From contig OZ251222.1 in assembly GCA_965240325.2 (NCBI GenBank), positions 124,001 to 188,000 on the forward strand: 64,000 nucleotides of DNA. Reading direction: 5' to 3'. Below, piece after piece: positions 45,170-55,293 of this stretch (positions are counted from its first letter, which is position 1; the number at the start of each line of letters is the position of its first letter). The stretch comes from Rebecca billardiae RCC1528 (lineage: Eukaryota > Protista > Haptophyta). The notes beneath the pieces are model-generated. The model did no database searches, was not told the DNA's origin, and was given only the letters and a program-made list of their open reading frames with translations. Made by a program: the position numbers and the translations under genes.

Positions 45170-46734
45170 TGGCCCGCGGTGCAGGGCGGAGCGCGCAGCG
45201 TGGAGCCCGCACCAGCGGGCCCGAACCACGTTTCAAAAAGATCTTTGATCAAAGAAAAAAGGGACGGGGGACGATTTTCAGGGCTGGAGGAGACCGAGTT
45301 TCGAATTTTGAGACTCCCTTACAGGTGCATCCTCGTCGAAAAAGGGCGCGTCCGCCGTCTTGAATAGTGAACAGAGGAATCAACGAAACCCGCGCCCAAG
45401 TGTGCGAGGCAGGGTAATTGTGGGTAGACTCTCCTTAATGTAGTGTGACCATAGTAAAATAATATGGCCTCGCCGCTGCAAGATGCCAAGAACGACCGTT
45501 GACATAATCGTCCAACCAACTCCAATAGTGCGAGAGATTGAAAATACCCGCCGCAGCTATCCGTATAGTCGGAGCCGGAGGGGGCGCGGCGCGCGGCGTG
45601 TGCGGCCCGCGGCTGCGGCGACAGCGGAGCTCAGGAGGCGCCAGCCACGAGCGACCGACGGGTGAGGACGGCGATGGGCAGGTGCGCGCGGCGAATGGCG
45701 CCTGGAGCGCGCGGCTGCGGCGGGTCCCGACTGCCGTCGACATCGCGTTCGTCGTGCCCCCGCTCACTCCGCGCGCCCCCGCCGCCCCTGCCGCCCTGTC
45801 GATGCCTCGGCGCGGCCTTGCGCGGCCCCGGCGCGTCCGCGAGCCGGCGCCGCAGCCGCCGCCCTGTGTTCGGGCTCTCGCAAGCTCGGGGGCAGCGGCG
45901 CCTGATGCCGGACTGATCGATCTCTGAGCCTTCGACTTCACCACGCGCCGCCCTTGCCATGCCTTTCCGGGGTCTCCCAGAACTCTTCTTGATTGAGAGA
46001 GAGCAGGCGCGCCGACGATCCGAGTCCATCGTCGGTCGACTCTGAGCGAGGGCTACGCCTCGGAACTGAACGGTACTCTACGAGGAGGACGAGCTGCGCG
46101 GGCGACGGTGGTGCGTGACGTCCCCAGAGCTGGCCGTGCCTCTGCAACGCGTGCCGAGCCTGATCGAGGTGTGTCAGCTGCCCGTGCACGCGCGGCGAGT
46201 GCGCGAACCGGATCACCGGTGCCCTCGCACCTCGGCACCGTGCTCCCTCGGGCTGTCAGCTCCGCGTGGCCTGGCGTGCACGTAGAGTTGCGCTCATGCG
46301 TCGATCACGCCTCGCGCCCGCCTGTCGGCCGTCGCGCAGGCGCTGGTCGAACCCTACTCGGACCAGTGCATCATCCCGGGCGCTGCCGGCGCGGGGGGTG
46401 ACCCCGGGGACAGCGGTCAGCAGCAGCGGCCCGAACGAATCCGCGGCCCCGCACCGTGCTCCCTGGCTGTCAGCTCCGCGTGGCCTGGTGTGCACGTGGA
46501 GTCGCGCTCATGCGTCGATCACGCCTCGTCGCATCCGCCTGTACACAATCGGCGCCGCGCCGGCGGCTGCAATGGGCCCGCCCGGCGCGGCCGGGGCGGC
46601 GGCGCGCCGCTGGAGTCTAGTTGTACGGGCATATGCAACTGGTCTGTCAATAGACGACTGCGACGGAGGGTGCACCGCCACCGCGGGCCCTGAACTACGT
46701 TCGTTCTACGGAAAAGGACCGCGGAACGCGGTCA
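45170..46734 (+). mobile_element. Non-autonomous Helitron2/Helentron-like element, copy 1
   Basis: Asymmetric inverted repeat GGCCCGCGGTG (45171-45181) / CACCGCGGGCC (46679-46689), then terminal hairpin GACCGCG-GAA-CGCGGTC (46717-46733); internal duplication of about 95 bp. Confidence 0.72.
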
Positions 46735-47089
46735 TAAGTTTCGGCGTCATATTACAATTTACATGTGTATGTATCGGTTTTCGGTACAAATAGTTATATT
46801 ATTATAATCTCTCGTCCGTCTCAGACTACTCACAGTCACTCTCAGACTCAGCTCTCTCACTCTCTCACTCTGCCTGAGACTGAGAGGCCCGTCTGGCCTT
46901 CAGAGCCCTTCAGTTTTGAACCGTAATTAACTGACGCGTGAGTACGCTCATGCTACGCAGACGCTGACGCACTCGGTACGACTGTTCAGTGCGCCTCGGA
47001 GAGTGAGACTGTACTAGTATAACTAAGTAAGCAGTCGTGCGTAGTCGAACGTCTATCGCTAGTTCACAGCTGACAGCAGGGACGACCGT

Positions 47090-47091
<2 letters not shown>

Positions 47092-47152
<61 letters not shown>

Positions 47153-47197
47153 TATATATATATCAGTATATATATGCATATATATATATGTATATAT
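47092..47197. repeat. (TA)n microsatellite
   Basis: Directly visible. Confidence 0.95.
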
Positions 47198-47642
47198 GCG
47201 ACGAATTATACGGCGGCGTTCCGTTTACAGGACTCGCTAAATCACGGGTAGCTACTTACGAGGGCTGGCTAAGTCGCCTGAGCAGTGGCTGCGCTAAGTA
47301 CTGTTTCCAGGTCTCTCTTCGGAGAGCGTGGCGATGAAGGAAGCGGATGGCGGACCGCAGCGGATGCCCGGGATGGCGCGGCAACCGCCTGCCACCGTGA
47401 GCCTTAGCCCCTTAATTACTACGCACGTTATTCGTTAAAACACACACACACATATATATATATATATAAACTGTACGGCCATCATCAATTTCAAATTGAT
47501 TCATTCAAGTGAAATATGAATCATCACGGCTGGCATCGCCATGCACTATCCAGCCCCAGGAACCTCGGTCCGTCGGTCCGATGGCACAGGCGCTGACGGT
47601 CTAACGCGGCGTGCGGCGGCCGAGGCTCAAAGTCAAGCGGCA

Positions 47643-48926
47643 TCAATACCAGTGCGCATTCAGCAGGAGGAAGACCAGCACAACGAAGAGGCGCGCGATC
47701 ACCCCGCTCGCCCACTCGGGCACGGGTGCCCACCAGCTCAGCGGATCCATCGTGAAGGCGAGACAGATCACGAAGATCACAATGGAGTGGAACCATCGAG
47801 CTAATGAGTACTCGCGCGACCACCACGGACGGTAGGCGGCCCCGGGACGGATCACGGCGCCCACGCCACCGCCTGCCTCCGCGGACCGCGCCTCGATGCT
47901 CACGGTCGCATCGGCGAAGCGGCGCAGGTCCCAGTAGAGCCACGTCTTGAGCCAGTAGAAGGGTGCAACGGCGGCACCCCAGCGGAGGCCGCGCACGCGA
48001 GAGGGCTTCGGCTGGCGGAATTCGTTGGCGCGCTCGAGGTAGACGATGCGTACGCGCGGTGATTGGCCACCGGCCTTGTCCTGCCGCCGTCGGTCAAGGA
48101 GCAGGTGCTCGAGCATGTCCACGACGATCGCCTTCGGGAACGTGTGCAGCCGCTTGGCGACGCCGCCGAGCACGAGCGCCTGGCTGATCCAGTTCGAGCA
48201 GTTGCCGGTGATGCCGGTCTCGCCGAAGCCGAGGATGAGGCGGAGGGTATCGGCCATGGCGCCGCAGTGGCCAAAGCCCACCTTCGCCGTCGCCTCGGCG
48301 TTCTCGCGCTGGAAGGCGTGCGCCACCCCCTTGAACCAGTGGTCCATCGCCAGCACGCTGTCTTCGTCCCACGCGTGCACGCGCACGAGGCAGATCGATC
48401 GCGCAAAGATGCCTCGCTGGCCGTTCACGCCGAAGAGGTAGTCCGCGGGGTCCTCGTAGATCTGCACGAGGGGCGTCTCCGTCTCCACCCCGCCGGCGCC
48501 GCCGCGCGTGATGTTCACCACGCGCTGCTCCCCCGTCGGCAGCGTGTACCGCACGGCCGCGTGTCCAAACGCAACGCCCGCGCAGCGGACGCCAAAGTCC
48601 GGCAGCACATTCTCGACGAAGACGTACTCAATGGTAGGCGGGCCATCGTACCCGAGGAACGTGTCAATGTCCGACAAGATTGTCGCCTTGTTCCTCAGGT
48701 AGACCTCAGGATCTTCGCGGGAGGCGGCTGGCTCGTTCACGAGCAGGGACTCGTGCTGACGCTCCGACTTGGTCGACTTGGTCGACGGCTGAGCGCTCAA
48801 GGCGGGGGCTCCTGTCCGACGCCTGCCACCACAGCAGCCCCACCACCCGCCCACCGCCTCATCCTCGACCTCATCGAGCTGCTGGTATGTCGCGAGCCGC
48901 TTTGGTCTCGCCGGGGGCTCCGCCAT
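47643..48926 (-). CDS. Uncharacterised membrane protein with putative permuted papain-like H...NC catalytic motifs
   Basis: 427-aa ORF with host-like codon usage; FGHAAVRY and TGNCSNWISQAL; two C-terminal hydrophobic helices. Confidence 0.65.
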   Translation of the reverse strand: MAEPPARPKRLATYQQLDEVEDEAVGGWWGCCGGRRRTGAPALSAQPSTKSTKSERQHESLLVNEPAASREDPEVYLRNKATILSDIDTFLGYDGPPTIEYVFVENVLPDFGVRCAGVAFGHAAVRYTLPTGEQRVVNITRGGAGGVETETPLVQIYEDPADYLFGVNGQRGIFARSICLVRVHAWDEDSVLAMDHWFKGVAHAFQRENAEATAKVGFGHCGAMADTLRLILGFGETGITGNCSNWISQALVLGGVAKRLHTFPKAIVVDMLEHLLLDRRRQDKAGGQSPRVRIVYLERANEFRQPKPSRVRGLRWGAAVAPFYWLKTWLYWDLRRFADATVSIEARSAEAGGGVGAVIRPGAAYRPWWSREYSLARWFHSIVIFVICLAFTMDPLSWWAPVPEWASGVIARLFVVLVFLLLNAHWY

Positions 48927-49036
48927 TTGCGGCGAACGACGACCAACTTTTGCTCCCAGGCAGCCGGGCAGACGAATTTGCGCTCCAGCACGCCCAGCCG
49001 CCGCCGTCCTTCGTCGTCATCGCAGATTCGATCGGC

Positions 49037-49954
49037 ATGACGCCGACGCTTGCGCGCGTGCTCTCGATCCAGAGCCACGTGGTGCATGGGTACGTTGGGA
49101 ACAAGGCCGCGGTTCTTCCGCTGCAGGTGCTCGGTGTCGAAGTGGACGCCATCAACTCTGTTCAGTTCTCGTGCCACACGGGCTACTCGCTCTTCACGGG
49201 CGACGTCCTGCAGGGCGATGCGCTGTGGGAGCTGGTTCGTGGACTGGAGGGCAATTCGCTGCTCGGGTACACACACCTCCTCACCGGGTACATCGGCTCA
49301 GCCTCCGTGCTTCGCACCGTCCTGCGCACGCTCACCGCCATCCGTCGGGTGAGCCCGGCCGCGGTGTATCTCTGCGATCCTGTCCTCGGCGACGCCGGGA
49401 AGCTATACGTGCCCAGCGAGCTGGTGGAGATCTACAAGACGGAGGTGGTGCCTTTGGCGACAATGCTCACCCCGAACCAATTCGAGGCCGAGCTGCTCAC
49501 GGGCATGAGCATCGCCACCGAAGCGGACGGGTTCGCCGCATGCGAGCAGCTGCACAGCCAGGGCGTGCACACAGTCGTGATCACGAGCATGCAGCTCGAT
49601 GACGCGGACGCGGCGAGCAGTGTAATCACGCTGCTCGCGAGCCGGCGGCGCGCCACCGCCGCCGACGGTACGGCCGTGCCAACACGCTTCCGCATCGACA
49701 TCCCCAAGATCCCGTCCTCGTTCACCGGCACGGGCGACCTGACTGCTGCACTCCTGCTCGCCTGGACCCACCGGCTGGGGGAGGAGGGGCTCCAACAGGC
49801 GCTTGAGAATACCGTCGCTTCGGTGCAGGCGGTGCTCAAGCGCACCGTCGAAGAGGGCGACGCGAACAAAGAGCTTCGTCTAGTGCAGAGCATTCACGAC
49901 ATCATCCAACCAAGCGTCAAGCTTGTTGCGCGCGCTGTTGCGATGACCGACTGA
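49037..49954 (+). CDS. PDXK: Pyridoxal kinase
   Basis: RVLSIQSHVVHGYVGNKAA, NSVQFSCHTGY, LLTGYIGS, CDPVLGD, TPNQFEAELL, FTGTGDL. Confidence 0.96.
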   Translation: MTPTLARVLSIQSHVVHGYVGNKAAVLPLQVLGVEVDAINSVQFSCHTGYSLFTGDVLQGDALWELVRGLEGNSLLGYTHLLTGYIGSASVLRTVLRTLTAIRRVSPAAVYLCDPVLGDAGKLYVPSELVEIYKTEVVPLATMLTPNQFEAELLTGMSIATEADGFAACEQLHSQGVHTVVITSMQLDDADAASSVITLLASRRRATAADGTAVPTRFRIDIPKIPSSFTGTGDLTAALLLAWTHRLGEEGLQQALENTVASVQAVLKRTVEEGDANKELRLVQSIHDIIQPSVKLVARAVAMTD

Positions 49955-50252
49955 TGAGCCGAGCCGTCTGAGGAGTAGTGACGCACTACTCAGAGTCATA
50001 TGCACTCAAAGCAGTGCTAAGCAGGCATTGCCGAAGCATAGCTCCGATTTGCCCTACTGCTATCTCGGACTGGCATGCAATATATTTGTTTATTGTATAT
50101 ATATATAGTATCAGGGGCGCCGTCCGCTGTAATGGGCAATGGCCCCGCATCGCGGTCATAATACGCCAAATCGAACCATCACCTTCCTTGTTCCTATTGA
50201 ATGACGAGGCTTCCTCCATTTGAAGCGTATACATTTGAATACGAAAAAACGC

Positions 50253-50287
50253 AAAGCCCCCGCAGCGCCGGGGGCTTTCGGGCTTAG
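50253..50287 (+). other. 10-bp GC-rich hairpin followed by CTTAG|T (possible Helitron 3' end)
   Basis: AAAGCCCCCG-CAGCGC-CGGGGGCTTT. Confidence 0.35.
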
Positions 50288-50704
50288 TTCAGGAGCGTGC
50301 ATGGCAGGATCCCGGGAACGCCCTTATTGATGGTAGTGGCGGCAGTATATCGATATATATGACGACTGTTATAGTGATGCTGTTACTCATGACGATGGTA
50401 CTAGTACTGTACCGTAGTGTACGCAGCGGCTGGCTCGCTCGGACTCGGAGTCGGCTCGGACGACTCGTGACTCAGTTCGCGCCACCGGACCGGACCTGCG
50501 CGATGAATCCGACAATAATTTAGTGAACGAATAATGATTCACATCCCGGCGAGTCCCGTGATGAGCTGATGCCAGAGCGGCCTTATATATTATATATTCG
50601 GCGATCCTCGGGAGTGGTGACTGGTGGCCACATTCCGCAGGCCCGGGCGAAGTCTCGCCGCCCAGGCTGGCGGTAATTGAAGTATCGCCGCCCAGGGCCC
50701 AGGC

Positions 50705-52495
50705 TTACTTGCTAACGCTAGCAAACGCGCTGGCGAGCTCGCGCTCCTCGTCGGCCGTGAGCTCGTGGTCCATCGTGACGTGGGCGAGCAGCGCAGGGTG
50801 CTCCGCGCACACCCGCTCGACGCGCTCATACGCGCGCTCGCACGCCGCCCCCAGGTCGGCGCCGTGCAAGTCGTCGAGGCAGCCGTTGGCCGCGGCGTAC
50901 AGCGCGAGCACGGTCTGGCGGAGTGAGCGTGGCGCGCTCTCCGGCTGCTGCAGGACTGCACGCCACGCGAACGTGCGCCGATCGGCAGCCGTCACTTGGC
51001 CCGACGCGAGCGCATCGCTCGCCATTGCGAGCTCGAGCCGCAGGCGCGGTGCGATCTGTCGGATGGCGGCCGCCATCGGCGTCGACTGCAGCCCCTTCGA
51101 CTTGCCCAGTCCGATGCGGCTGAGCGAGTCGCGCACCTCGATGGCGGGCCTCACGCCGGTACGTGCGAGCGCCTCTTCGATGAGGAGATGGCCGTCGGCG
51201 AGCGAGATGCACTCGTCGATGTGCCGCCTCGCCTCGAGCAGCATCGTGCTCGCCCGGCTCTCGGGCGACGGGATGCGCAGCTTGGCGAGCACGCTGTTGG
51301 TGAGCGCGACGCCGCTCGCGTCGAGCCTCTGCAGCCGCTCGAGCATCGACTGCGGGTAGCACGCCGGGTCAAAGGCGGAGAGCGGGTGCCCCTCCTCCTC
51401 GCCGTCGGAGTCCGCGCTGCTGAGCAGGCTCGGCTTGCGCGCGAGCTGCACCACCGTGAGCGAGCCCCCGCCGCGCGACGTCGGGCACGCGCCCGCGCGG
51501 TCGAGGAAGCTGGCGTAGAAAGTGCGCAGCTCTGAGCCGGTCGCGTCGTCGCGGATGCCGGCGTCGACCGGCATGCTGGGAGCGTCGGCGGCCAGGTCGT
51601 TGGCCTCGAGGAACAGCCGTTCGCTCTCCTGCATGAACTCCCACAGCTTGCGCATCGGCTGCATGTCGTCAATCACGAGGCACACGTGTGCGCCACGGTC
51701 CCGGCGCATCTCGGCGAGCGCGCTCGCGGTCGTGAGCGAGGCGATGAACTCGCCCGCGTCCGTGGACGCGACGGCCGTGCAGCCGACGCGCGCGGCGATG
51801 TCAGCCATCTCCTCGGGCGGGCGCATGGCGATGTACATCGTCTCCACGTCTGATTCGCGCTGCGCGAGCAGCATGTCGAGCGCCAGCGACGTCGGCGACT
51901 CGTCGGTCGGGCCAATGATGAGCATGTTCTGCCCGCGGCCGACCGGCGCGAGCACGTCGATCGCCGTGATGCCGGTGAGGAGGCCGGCTCGGGGGGAGAT
52001 GCGGTCCTTCTGCGCGAGCGCGGGCGTGAACGCGTCGCGATGCATGGGCTCCTCGCCCTCGACCGCTCCCGTGGCCACGCCTGCCGCGTGGGGCCGCCCA
52101 GCCCAGTCCAGCACCGTGCCAGGCGGGAGGGCCGTCTCATCCACCATGAGCGGCCCGCCAAACTTGGCGGCGGACAGGCCGGTGCTGGGCACGAAGACGT
52201 AGTCAAGCTCGTTACGCTTGTACAGCACAAGCCCCGGAGAGCCGTCAACCTCGACGATGGATCCCTTCTTCGCGTTCACGTCGCCGCCCACGGTCACGGC
52301 GGTGAGCGAGCCGAAGCGGTGCAGCACGTCGCCGCTCGTCGCAGCGGCTGTGCACGTGGCTCGGCTCGGGCGGCGTGATCTGCCGGTGCGAGAGAGCAGC
52401 GCGGATGGCCGCACTGCGCCCGTCGTGAGCGCGCCCGCTCCGCCGAGCGCGCACGTGAAGACGATGAGCGCGCTCGCGAGCTTGATGACGTGCAT
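50705..52495 (-). CDS. Nucleus-encoded F1-ATPase alpha-like protein with degenerate P-loop and bipartite presequence
   Basis: VLDWAGRP, LLTGITAIDVLAPVGRGQNMLIIG, RDRGAHVCLVIDDM, FYASFLDRAG..GGGSLT, ISLADGHL, RPAIEVRDSLSRIG, LRLELA; Walker A position reads GPTDESPTS. Confidence 0.8.
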   Translation of the reverse strand: MHVIKLASALIVFTCALGGAGALTTGAVRPSALLSRTGRSRRPSRATCTAAATSGDVLHRFGSLTAVTVGGDVNAKKGSIVEVDGSPGLVLYKRNELDYVFVPSTGLSAAKFGGPLMVDETALPPGTVLDWAGRPHAAGVATGAVEGEEPMHRDAFTPALAQKDRISPRAGLLTGITAIDVLAPVGRGQNMLIIGPTDESPTSLALDMLLAQRESDVETMYIAMRPPEEMADIAARVGCTAVASTDAGEFIASLTTASALAEMRRDRGAHVCLVIDDMQPMRKLWEFMQESERLFLEANDLAADAPSMPVDAGIRDDATGSELRTFYASFLDRAGACPTSRGGGSLTVVQLARKPSLLSSADSDGEEEGHPLSAFDPACYPQSMLERLQRLDASGVALTNSVLAKLRIPSPESRASTMLLEARRHIDECISLADGHLLIEEALARTGVRPAIEVRDSLSRIGLGKSKGLQSTPMAAAIRQIAPRLRLELAMASDALASGQVTAADRRTFAWRAVLQQPESAPRSLRQTVLALYAAANGCLDDLHGADLGAACERAYERVERVCAEHPALLAHVTMDHELTADEERELASAFASVSK

Positions 52496-52729
52496 ACCGC
52501 TGTTGGCGACGAGGTTGCGGAAGCGGACGTGGTGATGGTCTACGACTCTCACGTCATCGCGAGCTTTCGCGATGCGGACGGGGCTGATCAAGAGTCCGGA
52601 GTTCCGGCGGCGTGCCAAGTGCCAAGGCCAAAGCCCAAAGGCCGCATCCGGACTTCCATTTGGCTCGTGCTCGGCCACCGCGTGATTTCCATCGTCTTTC
52701 ATCTGCTCGCTGGAAGGAAGCTCGTGAGG

Positions 52730-53116
52730 ATGGGGCTGCGCCTCGCGCTCGTGGTCGTGCTCGCGGCATTCGCGTCGGTCTGCAACGCGTATGTGGCGCC
52801 ATCGGCGTGCCGTCAGTCGCGCACCGCGCGATCCGCGCTGGCGATGAAGTTCTCGCCGGTGAAGGTGGGCGTCGAGGTGAAGGTGATTGCGGGTGATGAC
52901 AAGGGCAAGACGGGCAAGGTGCTCAGCCTGGGCCGCAAGCAGCACAAGAGCAAGAACGGCCCATTCGTCGTCGTTGAGGGCGTCAACATCCTCACCAAGC
53001 ACCAGAAGCCGCGCGCCCGCGGCGAGACTGGCAAGCGCGTACAAAAGGAGGGCCCCATCCACATCAGCAACGTGCAGGCGCTCGACAAGCCCGCCGCTGC
53101 CGCGACGGAGGAGTAG
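52730..53116 (+). CDS. rpl24: Plastid ribosomal protein uL24
   Basis: VKVGVEVKVIAGDDKGKTGKV (KOW), VVVEGVNILTKHQKP, EGPIHISNV; signal peptide ..CNA|YV plus transit peptide. Confidence 0.93.
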   Translation: MGLRLALVVVLAAFASVCNAYVAPSACRQSRTARSALAMKFSPVKVGVEVKVIAGDDKGKTGKVLSLGRKQHKSKNGPFVVVEGVNILTKHQKPRARGETGKRVQKEGPIHISNVQALDKPAAAATEE

Positions 53117-53730
53117 AAACGTGAGCTCACGCGGGCACTTTGCCCAACACACTGGCCTCGGTTCGCGGCGATCACGGGGCCTTGCAGCTCGACGCGCGTG
53201 CCATACCACAGTGAGAGCAATGGCTGGCTGCACGGGCAGTATGCTGTGGGTGGTCGGCTCGATGGCTGCAGGCGGCTTTGGCGATCTTCAACGCGAGTGC
53301 TGTGCTACATTCGCAGCGAGCAAGCGGAGGCCATCCATCTCGCGCGCATCTCCGATTCTGTGTCGAGCGCTTCTCGTTTGATTGGTGGCCCCAGCGCGGC
53401 GTTCATGCACGCATCGATATGGGAACTTGACACTTGTTGACGCGCCCTGAACATTCACGTTATCATGTTCGTTGTCATTGGCACCAGAGACGCAGTCACG
53501 ACAGCTGAGGCGTTCGAAGACTGACTATGAACGGAGTGATGATGATGCTATACTTAGATAGACATACAGCGCAGCTCGTCGAAGCACTGATGCTGATTGA
53601 GTGAGCTGCTCGGCGCGCGGGCCGGCGGCTGACAGTAGGCAGTAGACAGTAGTGTCAGTGTGACCGTGTGTGTGTGACATGCAAGCTCATCATCGCACTA
53701 CGACATCACAGTAATATGTGATTGATGATA

Positions 53731-55293
53731 TGACCGCGTTCCGCGGTCCTTTTCCGTAGAACGAACGTAGTTCAGGGCCCGCGGTGGCGGTGCACCCTCC
53801 ATCGCAGTCGTCTATTGACAGACCCGGAGTTGCATTGCCCGTACAACTAGACTCCAGCGGCGCGCCGCCGCCCGCCGCGCCGGGCGCGGGCCCATCGCAC
53901 TTCGCAGCCGCCGGCGCGGCGCCAATTGTGTACAGGCGGATGCGACGAGGCGTGATCGACGCATGAGCGCGACTCCACGTGCACGCCAGGCCACGCGAAG
54001 CTGACAGCCAGGGAGCACGGTGCGGGGCCGCGGATTCGTTCGGGCCGCTGCTGCTGACTGACCGCTGTGGCGCTGTCCCGCGGGTCACCGCGCACCGGCA
54101 GCGCCAGGATAGTAGATGATTTGCACTGGTCCGAGTAGGGTTCGACCAGCGCCTGCGCGACGGCCGACAGGCGGGCGCGAGGCGTGATCGACGCATGAGC
54201 GCAACTCTACGTGCACGCCAGGCCACGCGGAGCTGACAGCCCGAGGGACGGCACGCAGTGCCGAGGTTCGAGGGCACCGCAGTCACAGATCGTTCGCGCA
54301 CGCCGCGCGTGCACGGGCGGACACACCTCGATCAGGCTCGGCACGCGTTGCAGAGGCACAGCCAGCTCTGGGGACGGCACGCACCACCGTCGCCCGCGCA
54401 GCTCGTCCTCCTCGTAGAGTACCGTTCAGTTCCGAGGCGTAGCCCTCGCTCAGAGTCGACCGTCGACGATGGACTCGGATCGTCGGCGCTCCCCGGAAAG
54501 GCATGGCAAGGGCGGCGCGTGGTGAAGTCGAAGACTCAGAGATCGATCAGTCCGGCATCAGGCGCCGCTGCCCCCGAGCTTGCGAGAGCCCGAATACAGG
54601 GCGGCTGCCGCGGCGCGGCCGCCGGGCGCCCCGGCGACCGGGCGCGCGGCCGCGCGCAGGCATCGACACGGGGCGGCGGGGGCGCGCGGAGTGAGCGGGG
54701 GCACGAACGCGATGTCGACGGCAGTCGGGACCCGCCGCAGCCGCGCGCTCCAGGCGCCACTCGCCGCGCGCACCTGCCCATCGCCCGTCCTCACCCGTCG
54801 GTCGCTCGTGGCTGGCGCCTCCTGAGCTCCTGTCGCCGCCGCGGCGTACAAACGCGGGCGCACACGCCGCGCGCCGCGCCCCCTCCGGCTCCGACTATAC
54901 GGATAGCTGCGGCGGGTATTTTCAATCTCTCGCACTATTGGAGTTGGTTGGACGATTATGTCAACGGTCGTTCTTGGCATCTTGCAGCGGCGAGGCCATA
55001 TTATTTTACTATGGTCACACTACATTAAGGAGAGTCTACCCACAATTACCCTGCCTCGCACATTTGGGCGTGGGTTTCGTTGATTCCTCTGTTCACTATT
55101 CAAGACGGCGGACGCGCCCTTTTTCGACGAGGATGCACCTGTAAGGGAGTCTCAAAAATCGAAACTCGGTCTCCTCCAGCCCTGAAAATCGTCCCCCGTC
55201 CCTTTTTTCTTTGATCAAAGATCTTTTTGAAACGTGGTTCGGGCCCGCTGGTGCGGGCTCCACGCTGCGCGCTCCGCCCTGCACCGCGGGCCA
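53731..55293 (-). mobile_element. Non-autonomous Helitron2/Helentron-like element, copy 2 (inverted)
   Basis: Reverse complement of 45170-46734 over its whole length, with small indels; same termini. Confidence 0.75.

Noticed and set aside
46910-47240. YIYIYI ORFs
   Set aside because: Translation of a (TA)n microsatellite
47253-47260. TACTTAC as a U1 snRNA 5' end
   Set aside because: Lacks the following CTG, U1 loop motifs and Sm site
50253-50278. Rho-independent terminator
   Set aside because: Eukaryotic nuclear context and only a short T tract on the + strand; a TE-end hairpin is more plausible
52496-53233. N-terminal extensions of ORFs 50705-53233, 2645-4012 and 14594-16354 suggesting fusions
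   Set aside because: The extensions are antisense to neighbouring real genes; the true starts are internal ATGs
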